Source: an uncultured Bacilli bacterium
Lineage (GTDB): Bacteria; Bacillota_I; Bacilli_A; RF39; UBA660
Assembly (NCBI GenBank): GCA_934097085.1
Contig: CAKONK010000002.1
Span: forward strand, 8,496 to 72,495
Direction: 5' to 3'
Length of the DNA: 64,000 nt
The position numbers and the translations under genes were made by a program. This document shows positions 36,690 through 47,381 of this stretch, in pieces. The notes under the pieces were generated by a model. It was not told where the DNA came from. It saw nothing but the letters and a program-made list of their open reading frames with translations, and did no database searches. Numbering within the stretch: position 1 is the first letter of the stretch; the number at the start of each line of letters is the position of its first letter.

Positions 36690-36711
36690 ATCAAATTATA
36701 TGTTTTATTAA

Positions 36712-37299
36712 TTATTTTAAATTCAAAACTTCATAAATTATTTTTCTTATTTCAACAATTCTTTTTTCCATAAACTCTGGATGAGTTTTAAACCAATAAA
36801 TATTTAATGGAGATGGATGAGGTAAAACAATTGCCATTTTATTATTCAAAGTATTATTTTTAAATACTAAATCATCAAAATTTTCATTAGGAAAAAATGT
36901 TTTAGCAGCTTTTGCTCCGATAATTATATATAATTTATTATTAACATATTGAATTTCCTTTTTTACCCACTTTTCATAACATATTTTAGGAGGATTTTTA
37001 TCATTACCATTTGCATTTTTTCCTGGGTAACAATGTGCAAGGGATGTAATATAAAAATTATCGGGATTATAAAACATGTCATCACTAATTTCATACCATT
37101 TATATTTTAACCTGTTGCCACTTTGATCTGTAAACGGTTTAAGAGAATTATTAACACTCGCGGACGGTGCTTGACTTATTTGCATTATTTTTGAATTTTC
37201 ATTTCCCCAGAAAACTGGGTTTGGTTTAAACCCAAATTTTTCTTTACAAATATCACAATTCTTTAAATTATTAACAAAATTAAAAAAATTATCATTCAT
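36712..37299 (-). CDS. Uracil-DNA glycosylase superfamily protein
   Basis: The motifs ISQAPSAS (GQxPG-like motif region) and VLPHPSPLN are typical of the UDG superfamily. 195 aa. Confidence 0.55.
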   Translation of the reverse strand: MNDNFFNFVNNLKNCDICKEKFGFKPNPVFWGNENSKIMQISQAPSASVNNSLKPFTDQSGNRLKYKWYEISDDMFYNPDNFYITSLAHCYPGKNANGNDKNPPKICYEKWVKKEIQYVNNKLYIIIGAKAAKTFFPNENFDDLVFKNNTLNNKMAIVLPHPSPLNIYWFKTHPEFMEKRIVEIRKIIYEVLNLK

Positions 37300-37313
37300 T
37301 TTATTGCCTCCAT

Positions 37314-37380
37314 AAAAAAATGCCTAAGGTGCAACGTACTTACTATACGCTTAGCATTGAGCTGCGAGCCCTAGGTCTTA
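37314..37380 (-). terminator. Long imperfect hairpin plus T-run (terminator after the DUF3800 gene)
   Basis: On the minus strand: GACCTAGGGCTCGCAGC...GTTGCACCTTAGGC followed by ATTTTTTTA. Confidence 0.5.
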
Positions 37381-37411
37381 AAGATATATTACCATAATAT
37401 TATTTTTTCTG

Positions 37412-38116
37412 TCAATCATCAATTTTCTTAATTCTACCAAATACTTTTCTTCCGGGGAATAAACTTACTCTATATTTACTTTTGTTAAGTCCTTTAATAA
37501 CTGTAGAAACCCTTTTATTATTTGCATAATAGTTATAAAAAGTATTAACTATCAAATCTGCAAGTTGAATGCCAAAGTTAGTTTTAGAGTCATAATAGCC
37601 GACACTAAAAACATAATTATTTAAGCAAAATTCAGTATTCAAATAATTCTCTAAATTTTTTAGATCTCCTACTCTTACATTACGATTATCACACAGTAAT
37701 TTAATTTCAATTTGCTCGTCAGTATAATTTTTAAGAAGTGGAAAAATAATATCTGAAAATATTAATTTTACAGCATAATTATAAAAAATATTTGAATCCA
37801 CTATACCTTTTTGCATTTTTTCTTTATCAAACACTTTTGAAAAGCCATAAAAACCAGGTATGTTTTCCATACTCGAAAAAATTAGTTGTTTTTCATTTGT
37901 TAAATAGTCATAAGATTTTATTTCTTTATTAATCTTTATATTTCTTTCCTCTTTTACAAGTTTATTAATTTTTTTATATATAGATGTTATTTTAAGTCGG
38001 TACTTCTCAAAAGTAAAATATCCACCGACAGCAAAGTATTTTGTATTACTATTTTTATGAATTGAACCACTTTCATCTAAATATATGTATAATCTCATGG
38101 TGCCACCTCTACACAA
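37412..38116 (-). CDS. DUF3800-family protein
   Basis: MRLYIYLDESGS near the N-terminus and GIQLADLIVNT near the C-terminus are the two signature motifs of DUF3800. Confidence 0.65.
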   Translation of the reverse strand: MCRGGTMRLYIYLDESGSIHKNSNTKYFAVGGYFTFEKYRLKITSIYKKINKLVKEERNIKINKEIKSYDYLTNEKQLIFSSMENIPGFYGFSKVFDKEKMQKGIVDSNIFYNYAVKLIFSDIIFPLLKNYTDEQIEIKLLCDNRNVRVGDLKNLENYLNTEFCLNNYVFSVGYYDSKTNFGIQLADLIVNTFYNYYANNKRVSTVIKGLNKSKYRVSLFPGRKVFGRIKKIDD

Positions 38117-38190
38117 GATAATACTAAATAAATTAAATATTGTCTATATGCAAATATAAAAAAACCCCAAATTGGGGTAAGAAAATATTT

Positions 38191-38610
38191 TTAACGTTTA
38201 CTAAATTGTGGAGCTCTACGAGCTTTTTTAAGACCATATTTCTTTCTTTCTTTAACACGAGGATCTCTCGTGATAAATCCAGCATTTTTTAAAATATGTC
38301 TATAACTATCTTCTCTAGTTTGGTCAGTATTTTCATCAAATTTAAGAAGTGCTCTTGTAATTCCTAAACGAATTGCACCAGTTTGTCCTGAAAACCCACC
38401 GCCAGATACTTTAACATCGATATCAAATCTATTTAAATTATCAGTTAGAACAAGTGGTTGAGTTAAGTCCATAACAAGTGTTTCATAAGGCATATAGTCA
38501 TGAACATCTACACCATTAACTGTAATATTACCAGTTCCACCAACTAAAGTTACTTTTGCTACACTACTTTTTCTTCTACCTGTAGCATTCCAAGTTTGTT
38601 TTTTTGCCAT
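38191..38610 (-). CDS. rpsI: 30S ribosomal protein S9
   Basis: GRRKSSVA..., [19 protein letters not shown] and the C-terminal [12 protein letters not shown]. Confidence 0.95.
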   Translation of the reverse strand: MAKKQTWNATGRRKSSVAKVTLVGGTGNITVNGVDVHDYMPYETLVMDLTQPLVLTDNLNRFDIDVKVSGGGFSGQTGAIRLGITRALLKFDENTDQTREDSYRHILKNAGFITRDPRVKERKKYGLKKARRAPQFSKR

Positions 38611-38622
38611 AATTTCCTCCTA

Positions 38623-39051
38623 TTATATTTCCATTTCGATTGGTTTTTGAGCACTATGTTTGTGATCAGCATCAGCATAAACAAATAGTTTTTTACCCAT
38701 TTTTCTACCAAGTCTATTATGAGGAAGCATACCTTTTACAGCTCTTTCCATCATTTCTTCTGGATAGTTTTCAATCATAACTTTTGCAGTTCTTTCTCTT
38801 AATCCTCCTGGATATCCAGAGTGATTATAATATTTCTTATCAGTTAATTTATTACCAGTTAAATTTACTTTACTAGCATTAACGATAATAACATAATCTC
38901 CACAGTCAACATATGGAGTATATGTAACTTTATGCTTGCCTCTTAAGATATGAGCAGCCTTAGTAGCAACTCTACCTAAGTTTTTTCCTTCAGCATCAAT
39001 TACATACCATTTTCTTTCAATATTTTCTTTTGTTTGTAAAAATGATTTCAT
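38623..39051 (-). CDS. rplM: 50S ribosomal protein L13
   Basis: [31 protein letters not shown] prefer the internal Met (MKSFLQTK) over the track start at 39099. Confidence 0.93.
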   Translation of the reverse strand: MKSFLQTKENIERKWYVIDAEGKNLGRVATKAAHILRGKHKVTYTPYVDCGDYVIIVNASKVNLTGNKLTDKKYYNHSGYPGGLRERTAKVMIENYPEEMMERAVKGMLPHNRLGRKMGKKLFVYADADHKHSAQKPIEMEI

Positions 39052-39136
39052 AATTTTCTTCTTTCCCTTCATTTTAATTAACCAATTTAATCTTCCCACA
39101 ACTAAAAAGGTCTCTTAAATAAATGTACCGATTATG

Positions 39137-39165
39137 ATTATATGGTAAAAGTAGTAAATTGTCAA
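39137..39165 (-). promoter_or_regulatory. Consensus sigma-A promoter of rplM-rpsI
   Basis: On the minus strand: TTGACA (39165-39160), a 17-nt spacer, then TATAAT (39142-39137). Confidence 0.7.
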
Positions 39166-39202
39166 GGAAAATATGCTGGTAACATTTGTTTTTACTGTAT
39201 TT

Positions 39203-39919
39203 TTAATACCAAACTTTATACAAGTATAATCCCTCGGGTGGTGCAGTAGGAAGTGACTTAACTTCTACAGTATCAAGCATCCTTAAAAGTTCTTCCTTAC
39301 TAGAGTTATATTTACCGACCTCCAATAAGGCACCCATTAAATTTCTAATCATATAACGATAAAAACCAGTACCAATAAAATGAACTTCAATTTTATTATC
39401 AAATTTCTTAACAAAGTTAATTTCATAAATAGTTGTTACAGTTTTATCATTAGTACCTGATATAAAATTATTAAAATCGTGTGTTCCTAAAAATACTTTT
39501 GAGGCATCCTTCATAAGGGCAAAATCAAGTTTTTGTCTAGGTTGAAAATAATAGTAATTTAATGAACTTTTGAAAGGTCCTATATTAATTTTATAAATAT
39601 ATTCTTTCTTTTTAACTGATAATCTTGCATGAAAATCATCACTAACATTAGAAACTGATTTAACAACAATATCTGGATTTAAAAGTAAATTAAGTTTATG
39701 TTTTAAACCTTTGATATCATTTTTTACATCAAAGTGAGCAACCTGACCCACTGCGTGAACTCCAGCATCAGTTCTTCCTGAGGCTTTAATTTCTATATTA
39801 TCCTCGAATATTTTTGACAAAGCCTGCTCAATTGTTTTTTGAACTGTTCTTGTGTCTTTTTGTCTTTGCAAACCATTAAACTTTGAACCATCATAACTAA
39901 ATATTATTTTTTTTCTCAT
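39203..39919 (-). CDS. truA: tRNA pseudouridine(38-40) synthase TruA
   Basis: YDGSKFNGLQRQ, the catalytic GRTDAGVHA and a C-terminal PPEGLYL. Confidence 0.9.
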   Translation of the reverse strand: MRKKIIFSYDGSKFNGLQRQKDTRTVQKTIEQALSKIFEDNIEIKASGRTDAGVHAVGQVAHFDVKNDIKGLKHKLNLLLNPDIVVKSVSNVSDDFHARLSVKKKEYIYKINIGPFKSSLNYYYFQPRQKLDFALMKDASKVFLGTHDFNNFISGTNDKTVTTIYEINFVKKFDNKIEVHFIGTGFYRYMIRNLMGALLEVGKYNSSKEELLRMLDTVEVKSLPTAPPEGLYLYKVWY

Positions 39920-40826
39920 TATTTACCACACTATCCTTATGTCTTTTTACAAGAGCTGCTATTTTAATAAAATGATGATTAACACCTGATTTTCCAATAT
40001 TATAACCATATTCAACATTAGCAATTTGTGCAATTTCCGCTAAAGAACTTTCTGGGTACTTTTTACGGATTTCACAAATAATTTTTGTATTATCATCAAG
40101 AAGACTTAACAAATCATTATCTATAATATAATTAATTTCATTTAACTGTTTAAGTCCCGTTTGAATAGTTTTTGTTTGATTAGAAAGTTCACAATTATTT
40201 AATCTATTAACCATATTTTTATGATCACGATATATTCTTATATCTTCGAAGAAAAACAAACTTTCTGTGGCCTTAAACATTTTTAAAATGTCTGATATGT
40301 TATCACCATTTTTTACATAAACAACAAACTTGTAACCTCTTTTTATAATTTTTGAATTAATTTTAAAATACTTTAAAAGATTATCTATCTCTTTAGCAAG
40401 TTTTTCATTTTTACATATATACTCTAAATGATACCTACTTGTCTGGGGATTTGTAACATTTCCAATTGCTAAAAATGCTCCCTCCAAGAAAGCAATCTTT
40501 TCTTCATCACTTTCTAAAGTTATCTTTTCATTAACATTAAGTACTTTTTTAATATAATCAATATTTTCATTTATTGTAAGTATATATATTTGTTTAACTC
40601 TAAATCTATTTTGATTTCTAACTGTAATATTCGCAGAAATATTAAATACTGTTTTAATATCTTTGTATATCTTTCTAGCAACGGACGCATTTTCTAAAGT
40701 AATAATAATTTGCTTCGAAGTTATTTTAGAGTTACATCTTACAAATGCTGAAAGCTCACTACAAGCATCTACACTTGAGTAAACATTTTTAGATATTTCA
40801 TCTTTTAAACTTGTATTGAATGTCAT
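39897..40826 (-). CDS. whiA: DNA-binding protein WhiA
   Basis: 309 aa. The N-terminus FNTSLKDEISK..., LAGLIDADG-like middle region and C-terminal HTH (SLAEIAQIANVEYGYNIGKSGVNHHF) fit WhiA. It follows yvcK, as in other Bacillota. Confidence 0.85.
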   Translation of the reverse strand: MTFNTSLKDEISKNVYSSVDACSELSAFVRCNSKITSKQIIITLENASVARKIYKDIKTVFNISANITVRNQNRFRVKQIYILTINENIDYIKKVLNVNEKITLESDEEKIAFLEGAFLAIGNVTNPQTSRYHLEYICKNEKLAKEIDNLLKYFKINSKIIKRGYKFVVYVKNGDNISDILKMFKATESLFFFEDIRIYRDHKNMVNRLNNCELSNQTKTIQTGLKQLNEINYIIDNDLLSLLDDNTKIICEIRKKYPESSLAEIAQIANVEYGYNIGKSGVNHHFIKIAALVKRHKDSVVNNEKKNNI

Positions 40827-41779
40827 TATTTTCCATCCATTAAATATGAAAATATTAAGTATGCAGTTTTTAGTGAATCATGACGATAATAACCATTTTC
40901 AATAACATATAAAGTATCCTTAATTATTTGAACATTCATATCTTCCAATGTATCTACATCTAAAATTACTGGATCTTTTTGCTCACTTGTAGCATATTTT
41001 TTTGAAAGTGTACTGCTCATAGGTTTATCATTAGCAAGAACTAAATTAACATTACCCTTACCCAAGTAGTTTTCTAAAACTTTTATATGGTCAGATACTT
41101 TAAATCCATCAGTTTCACCAGGTTGAGTAAATAAATTACAAATATACATTTTTTTTGCTTTTGAATGATTAATAGCCTTTACTAAATCTTTGTTGATAAG
41201 ATGGGGAATTATGCTCGTATATAAACTTCCCGAAGAAAAGATAATTAAATCAGCTTTATTTACAGCATCAAAAACTTTAGGATTAACAGTAATATCTTTA
41301 TCATAAGTAATCTTTATAACTTTTTCTTTTGCTTTAGTAATTTGCTCCTCGCCAAAAACTTTTTTACCAGACTCTGTAATACCCACCAAATTAACAGAAT
41401 CTTCGGTTAAAGGTAATATTTTTCCATTAGTTATATCAAGAATCTTTTCTAAAATAGGAAGACTACTTGCAAAGTCTCCTTTTAAATCTAAAAGAGCAGT
41501 TAATAATAGATTTTTTATTGAATGATTACCTAATGTTTTAGATTTAGTGAATCTATAATTAAGTAGATTTTCAACATCACTATCAATATTTGCCATTGAA
41601 AGCATTACTTTAGTAATATCTCCGACTGCAGGAATATTCATTTCTTTACGAAGCCTTCCTGTACTTTTACCATTATCAGATACAGAAACTACTGCAGTAA
41701 TATCAAGTGGAAATAGTTTTAAACCCTTTAAAAGTTGTGAAAGTCCACTTCCTCCACCAAAAATAACTATTTTTTTCAT
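40826..41779 (-). CDS. yvcK: YvcK/CofD-like gluconeogenesis and cell-shape factor
   Basis: KIVIFGGGSGLSQLLKGLK N-terminus and VSVSDNGKSTGRLR. Confidence 0.85.
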   Translation of the reverse strand: MKKIVIFGGGSGLSQLLKGLKLFPLDITAVVSVSDNGKSTGRLRKEMNIPAVGDITKVMLSMANIDSDVENLLNYRFTKSKTLGNHSIKNLLLTALLDLKGDFASSLPILEKILDITNGKILPLTEDSVNLVGITESGKKVFGEEQITKAKEKVIKITYDKDITVNPKVFDAVNKADLIIFSSGSLYTSIIPHLINKDLVKAINHSKAKKMYICNLFTQPGETDGFKVSDHIKVLENYLGKGNVNLVLANDKPMSSTLSKKYATSEQKDPVILDVDTLEDMNVQIIKDTLYVIENGYYRHDSLKTAYLIFSYLMDGK

Positions 41780-42894
41780 TTAACCCTCCTATTTATAATT
41801 TTATTCAAAATATTTGTTTTAACTCTCATTGCTCCAACAGGACAAAATTCCTGACAACAATAACACTTTATACATTTTTCCCTATCAATAACTGGATATC
41901 CTTTTTCCATTGTTATTGCCTCTTTAGGACAAATATTTTTACATTTTTGACATTTTATACAACTATTTTTATCACAATATGGTTTGTTTTCAAATACTTT
42001 TGACATTATATTTCCAACTAAACTATGATTATAAAACTTAATATCAATAGCATTTTCAATTAATTCAAAATTTTTTGTTGAAAACTTGTTAATATCTTCA
42101 TTTAAAATAATTTCATTATGATTAAATAATCCTCTTTTTTCACTTTGAACTATTGTATTAACAGAATTTGGATTCAAATTTATAACTTTAGCACATATAT
42201 AATCTAAAGCATATGGATTAATACTAGCAATTATAGCCCCAATCTTTTTAGGATTTCCCATCGTAGGACCATTACCATCCATACCAATTACAGCATCAAC
42301 AATATTTAAATCAAATTTGAAATATTCGTTTATATCAATTAACATATTGGCAAAATCATCGTGATTTGGAAATCTATAATGATATTCTGACTTTGTAAGC
42401 CCAGGAATAGTTCCATACAAGTTTTTTACTGAAGCACTCATTTTCATCATTGCGTGTGTTTTTAATTTACAAAAATTTATTTTAAAATCAAAATCATCAA
42501 TATAACTTGTATAATCAAAGTTTTTTAAAAATAATGCTTTATTATTCGAAGTATTTTTAATATTAAAATTATAATTTAGTTCAGCACCTGTTTCATTCAT
42601 TTTAGTAATTTTATAAATATGATCTAAATGTGACTTATTATATTGTCCTCCGGGACTATCTCCAATTACAACTTTTGCTCCTTTATTTTTTAAGAAATCC
42701 ACTAAAAAAGATAAAAGTAAATAATTAGTTGTAGCACCTTTTTCCGGAGGTAAAGCTGACACTAAATTTGCTTTAATTAAAACTTTTGATTTAGAATTAA
42801 TTTTATTTAGACACTCAAAATTACTAAGAATACTTAAAAGTGCATTCTTAGAATTTTCATAGTCAGTACATTTTGTTATAAATACTTTTTCCAT
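41776..42894 (-). CDS. DUF362-domain protein with a C-terminal 2x[4Fe-4S] ferredoxin module
   Basis: CIKCQKCKNICP and CIKCYCCQEFCP motifs, preceded by a DUF362-like body (LIKANL..., GDSPGG). Confidence 0.6.
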   Translation of the reverse strand: MEKVFITKCTDYENSKNALLSILSNFECLNKINSKSKVLIKANLVSALPPEKGATTNYLLLSFLVDFLKNKGAKVVIGDSPGGQYNKSHLDHIYKITKMNETGAELNYNFNIKNTSNNKALFLKNFDYTSYIDDFDFKINFCKLKTHAMMKMSASVKNLYGTIPGLTKSEYHYRFPNHDDFANMLIDINEYFKFDLNIVDAVIGMDGNGPTMGNPKKIGAIIASINPYALDYICAKVINLNPNSVNTIVQSEKRGLFNHNEIILNEDINKFSTKNFELIENAIDIKFYNHSLVGNIMSKVFENKPYCDKNSCIKCQKCKNICPKEAITMEKGYPVIDREKCIKCYCCQEFCPVGAMRVKTNILNKIINRRVK

Positions 42895-43994
42895 TAAACA
42901 TTAAACCTAAAGTAACAAATGTCACCATCTTGCATAACATATTCTTTTCCCTCAAGGCGAAGACGGCCAGCTTCTTTTACTTTAACTTCACTTCCAAATG
43001 TTTCAAGGTCCTCAAAACTCATAACTTCAGCCTTAATAAAGCCTCTCTCAAAGTCAGAGTGAATTATACCAGCACATTTTGGAGCAAGCATTCCTTTTTT
43101 AAAAGTCCACGCTCTTACTTCATCTTTTCCACAGGTAAAGAATGTTGCAAGTCCTAATAAATCATATGTTGCAAATATAAGTTTATCAAGTCCACTATTT
43201 GCAATCCCTAATTCTTTTAAATACTCATTTCTTTCTTCATCTGAAAGTGATGATAATTCTTCTTCCATTTTAGCACACATAACAATAACGCTTGAACCTT
43301 CTTTTTCAGCATACTCTTTAACCAATTTAGTATATTTATTATCGCCATTTACAACATCATCCTCTAAAACATTTGCTGCATAAATAACTTTCTTTTGTGT
43401 TATTAAATTAAATCCACTTAAAAGATTAAGTTCATCTTCATTAAACTCTAGATTTTTAACTAAAATATTTTTTTGTAAAGCATCTTTAATCCTATTTAAA
43501 AGATTTACTTCTAATGCAAGTGCTTTATCTTTTGTAGCTTGTGCTTTCTTTTCTATCTTATCAAGTCTATTTTGAACTATCTCTAAATCTGATAAAATTA
43601 ACTCTGTATTAATTATTTCTATATCTGAAATTGGATCAACCTTACCAGAAACATGTATGATTTCCGGATTATCAAAACATCTTACAACATGAACGATTGC
43701 ATCAACCTCGCGAATATGTGATAAAAACTTATTTCCTAGTCCTTCGCCACTTGAGGCACCTTTTACAAGACCTGCAATATCGATAAATTCATAACTAGTT
43801 GGTACAACACTTTTTGGTTCATACATATTAACTAGATAGTCCATTCTTTTATCTGGAACCATAACAATACCAACATTTGGTTCAATCGTAGCAAATGGAT
43901 AATTTGCCGCAATAATATTTTTCTTTGTAATAGCATTAAATAAAGTTGATTTTCCTACATTTGGAAGTCCAACAATTCCCGCTTTTAATGACAT
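42894..43994 (-). CDS. ychF: Ribosome-binding ATPase YchF
   Basis: GIVGLPNVGKSTLFNA, DIAGLVKGAS and the C-terminal TGS-like ...YVMQDGDICYFRFNV. Confidence 0.93.
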   Translation of the reverse strand: MSLKAGIVGLPNVGKSTLFNAITKKNIIAANYPFATIEPNVGIVMVPDKRMDYLVNMYEPKSVVPTSYEFIDIAGLVKGASSGEGLGNKFLSHIREVDAIVHVVRCFDNPEIIHVSGKVDPISDIEIINTELILSDLEIVQNRLDKIEKKAQATKDKALALEVNLLNRIKDALQKNILVKNLEFNEDELNLLSGFNLITQKKVIYAANVLEDDVVNGDNKYTKLVKEYAEKEGSSVIVMCAKMEEELSSLSDEERNEYLKELGIANSGLDKLIFATYDLLGLATFFTCGKDEVRAWTFKKGMLAPKCAGIIHSDFERGFIKAEVMSFEDLETFGSEVKVKEAGRLRLEGKEYVMQDGDICYFRFNV

Positions 43995-44008
43995 ATTAAT
44001 CCCCCATT

Positions 44009-45547
44009 CTAAATAAATACAAATCCGTTAACACCTAAAGGTATATTAATTAAATACCATAAAATAATTAGAGCAACGAATGTAAATGCTGTTACCGCAC
44101 TATATGGTAACATAAATCTAATTGAATCAATTATACTTAATTCATTTTTACCTTGTGAACCTCTTTCAAGGTACGCTAAATATATAATATAATAAGCAAA
44201 TACAGGTGTTATTCCAATACTTACACATTCTCCAAGTCTAAATATAAGTTGAGTAAACTGGGCAGACATACCAGCATTTAAAAATGTAGGTACAACTGAT
44301 GATGACATTATTGCCCATTTATTCGTAGATCCTGGGACAAATATTGTTGCTATAATTGAGCATACAAATAATAAGAATACTAAAGCAAGTCCTGTAAAAT
44401 TTGAGGTAACAATAAGATTTGTAAGACCCGCAACAACGACATTTCCAATATTTGAATATTTAAAAATACTTATTAATGTTGAACCAACAAAAATATATAC
44501 TAGAGTTTTACCTATACCATTTAAACTGTATCCTAAAGCATCAACAAAATCTCTTGAATTTTTAATTTTTTTAGCAACAATACCATAAACTAATCCCATT
44601 ATTATAAATAAAATTGTTATTATAAATACAAAACCATTTGAGAAAAATGAATTAGTTCCAAATAGTTTATCAATATATAAACTTTCACGATAATTTAAGA
44701 AATTTCCTGATAAAGGAAGTCCAGGTATAATATTATAAATTATTATAATTAAATAAATAATACTAGCAAAAATTGAAAGAATTAAACCTTTAAGTTCAAT
44801 TTTTGTTGGATTAAATTCCATTTCTAAATCATCAATAAATTCATATTTAGGTAACTTTTTAGCAACAACATTTTCTGTAACATAAGTTAATGCTATTGAT
44901 AAAATTAAAATTGATACAGTCATAAATAGTATTAAAGAAAATGTATTAAATGTAAAATTACTATCAAGCATCTTTACACTCATTGTTGTAAGATTTGCAA
45001 GCGAGGAATCAATACTTGTGAAAAATATTGATAATCCATAGCCACAAGTTAAGGCGGCATATGATGAAATAACACCTATATTAGGATTTCTTTTACCATA
45101 TTTAAATATTAATCCAGAAAGAGGAATAATAGCTAGAAATGGTATATCTCCCATAATACTTGATATTAAACATATTAATATAATAATAAAAGTTATTGTT
45201 CTTTTTTTTGTTTTCCTAGTAAGAAGCCCTAAAGCAGTTTGTAAAAAACCACTTTTTTCCATTACTCCTATACCAATAAGCATTATAATTAAATTAGATA
45301 AAACTTTATAATTTGCAAAATTTGCAACTGTATTAGCAAAAATATATTTAAGTCCATGTAAAGAAAACATATTAATTATAGATTCTGTTGTTGTAATATA
45401 TTCTCCTCTTGAGGAATTAATTGTTGTATAAGAAAAAGAAAAATTAAATATAGATAAAAGTAAACTTAACACAATTACTCCAAAAATTATTATAAGTATA
45501 CTCATAACTGGATGTAATTTAACTTTATTTCTAATCTTCCTTTTCAT
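44009..45547 (-). CDS. AbgT-family transporter (p-aminobenzoyl-glutamate transporter family)
   Basis: 512 aa and polytopic. The N-terminal KLHPVMSILIIIF resembles the AbgT N-terminal signature. Assigned from size and topology. Confidence 0.5.
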   Translation of the reverse strand: MKRKIRNKVKLHPVMSILIIIFGVIVLSLLLSIFNFSFSYTTINSSRGEYITTTESIINMFSLHGLKYIFANTVANFANYKVLSNLIIMLIGIGVMEKSGFLQTALGLLTRKTKKRTITFIIILICLISSIMGDIPFLAIIPLSGLIFKYGKRNPNIGVISSYAALTCGYGLSIFFTSIDSSLANLTTMSVKMLDSNFTFNTFSLILFMTVSILILSIALTYVTENVVAKKLPKYEFIDDLEMEFNPTKIELKGLILSIFASIIYLIIIIYNIIPGLPLSGNFLNYRESLYIDKLFGTNSFFSNGFVFIITILFIIMGLVYGIVAKKIKNSRDFVDALGYSLNGIGKTLVYIFVGSTLISIFKYSNIGNVVVAGLTNLIVTSNFTGLALVFLLFVCSIIATIFVPGSTNKWAIMSSSVVPTFLNAGMSAQFTQLIFRLGECVSIGITPVFAYYIIYLAYLERGSQGKNELSIIDSIRFMLPYSAVTAFTFVALIILWYLINIPLGVNGFVFI

Positions 45548-45734
45548 TTTTAATCACCTTTTTTAATTTCTTATAAAAATCTAGACGATCAAGCATTATT
45601 TCTCGTCCACAATTTTTACATTTGATTTTTACATCAGCACCAATTCTAGTTACAACCCATAAATTTGCTTTACATGCATGAGGTTTTTTCATTATAACTT
45701 CATCATTTAAACTAAATTCTTGCTTCATAAACAT
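45531..45734 (-). CDS. DUF951-family small protein (YyzM-like)
   Basis: KKPHACKANLWVVTRIGADVKIKCKNCGREIMLDR. Its position between ychF and parB matches other Bacillota. Confidence 0.7.
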   Translation of the reverse strand: MFMKQEFSLNDEVIMKKPHACKANLWVVTRIGADVKIKCKNCGREIMLDRLDFYKKLKKVIKNEKED

Positions 45735-45739
45735 CCTTT

Positions 45740-46615
45740 CTAATCATTAAAGTTTATATTTAAAATCTCCATTATTCTATTTAAATCTTGCATTGAGTTA
45801 TATGATATTTCAATTTTTTTATTAGATATCCTAACTTTATTACCAATTGTATCACTAAATGCATCTTCATACATTCTAAATTTTTCATTTTTTTCTTTAA
45901 TGACTTTCTTATCATCTTTTTTAGATAATAATTTTTCAACATCACGAACATTTAAATTTTCTTTAATAATTTTATTTGCTAAATTAATAACTTTTTCTTC
46001 ATCATCAATTTTACTTAAACATCTTGCGTGTGACATTGAAAGTTTTCCATTTTTAACAAGTTCTTGAACACTTTTTGGTAAATTTAAAAGACCTAAAAGG
46101 TTAGTAATATAACTTCTGCTTTTACCAAATTTTTTTGAAAATTCTTCTTGAGTCATATCTTTAACTTGTAAGATATTTGAAATAGAAATTGCTGTATCTA
46201 CTGGATTTAAATCCTCTCTTTGAATATTTTCAAGAAGAGCAATTTCCATCATTTCTTCATCAGTAAAATCTTTTATTATTGCTGGCACTGTAGTAAGACC
46301 CGCTATTTTAGAGGCTTTGCATCTTCTTTCACCAGCAACAATTTCATAACCTTTAACACTTTTCTTTAATATAACTGGTTCAACTACACCATATACTTTA
46401 ATTGAATCAGCAAGTTCATTTAAAGCCTCTTCATCAAAGAATTTTCTTGGTTGATAAGGGTTTGGTCTAATTTGTGAAAGTTCAATCTCAGTAGCATTAT
46501 TTCTTTCCTCTTTAACAATTGTGTCCTCCAAAGTATCAATTGTAAATGATGAATTAGAAAATAATTCCTCTAATCCTTTACCTAAAGCTTTTTTCTTAGT
46601 TTCCATCTCTTTCAA
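45740..46615 (-). CDS. parB: Chromosome partitioning protein ParB/Spo0J
   Basis: IRPNPYQPRK, ParB box VAGERRCKASKIAG, and an HTH (TQEEFSKKFGKSRSYITN). Confidence 0.92.
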   Translation of the reverse strand: MKEMETKKKALGKGLEELFSNSSFTIDTLEDTIVKEERNNATEIELSQIRPNPYQPRKFFDEEALNELADSIKVYGVVEPVILKKSVKGYEIVAGERRCKASKIAGLTTVPAIIKDFTDEEMMEIALLENIQREDLNPVDTAISISNILQVKDMTQEEFSKKFGKSRSYITNLLGLLNLPKSVQELVKNGKLSMSHARCLSKIDDEEKVINLANKIIKENLNVRDVEKLLSKKDDKKVIKEKNEKFRMYEDAFSDTIGNKVRISNKKIEISYNSMQDLNRIMEILNINFND

Positions 46616-47381
46616 TCACCTCTTTCGCTAAATTATGATATGCTTCAGCACCACGACTTTCTGGATCGTATTCATTAATTGGTTTTCCATGACTTGGAGC
46701 CTCAACTAGTCTAACAAGTCTAGGAATAATTGTATTAAATACTTTATCTTTAAAATATTTTCTTATTTCTTCGATAACCTCAAGTCCTATATTTGTTCTA
46801 CCATCAAGCATAGTAAGTAGAACACCCTCAATACGAAGTTCAGGATTCATTGAATTTTGAACCATTATTATAGAGTTTAATAACTGGGTAATACCCTCTA
46901 AAGCATAGAACTCACATTGAACTGGTATAATAACAGCATCACTTGCTACAAGAGCATTCATTGTGGAAAGTCCTAAAGATGGTTGACAATCAATTATTAT
47001 ATAATCAAAATTATCTTTAATAGTTTCTAATGCATTTCTTAATTGATTATTTCTTTGAAAAGTATTATCAGAAAACATCTTTTTAACAAATTCAACATCA
47101 ATTCCCGCTAAATTTAATGTTGATGGAATAATGCTTAAATTTTTAAATTTTGTTTTATATATAGCCTTTTTAATTTCACATAAACCAGTTATAGTTTCAT
47201 AAATATCATGCTCAAAATCAGTGGTATTAAAACCAAGACCAGTTGTAGCATTACTTTGCGGATCCATGTCAATAAGAAGGGTTTTTTTCCCACATTGTCC
47301 TAAAGCTGCTGCTAAATTTATACTTGTTGTAGTCTTACCTACACCACCTTTTTGATTAACTAATGATATTACTCTTGCCAT
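46596..47381 (-). CDS. parA: Chromosome partitioning ATPase ParA/Soj
   Basis: Deviant Walker A NQKGGVGKTTTSINLA and DMDPQSNAT. Confidence 0.92.
   Translation of the reverse strand: MARVISLVNQKGGVGKTTTSINLAAALGQCGKKTLLIDMDPQSNATTGLGFNTTDFEHDIYETITGLCEIKKAIYKTKFKNLSIIPSTLNLAGIDVEFVKKMFSDNTFQRNNQLRNALETIKDNFDYIIIDCQPSLGLSTMNALVASDAVIIPVQCEFYALEGITQLLNSIIMVQNSMNPELRIEGVLLTMLDGRTNIGLEVIEEIRKYFKDKVFNTIIPRLVRLVEAPSHGKPINEYDPESRGAEAYHNLAKEVIERDGN

Noticed and set aside
37314-37411. The long imperfect hairpin between the DUF3800 and UDG genes was considered as a small SRP-like RNA or a riboswitch for the UDG gene.
   Set aside because: It has no recognisable riboswitch or SRP motifs. It directly follows the DUF3800 stop codon and ends in a T-run, so an intrinsic terminator is the simplest explanation.
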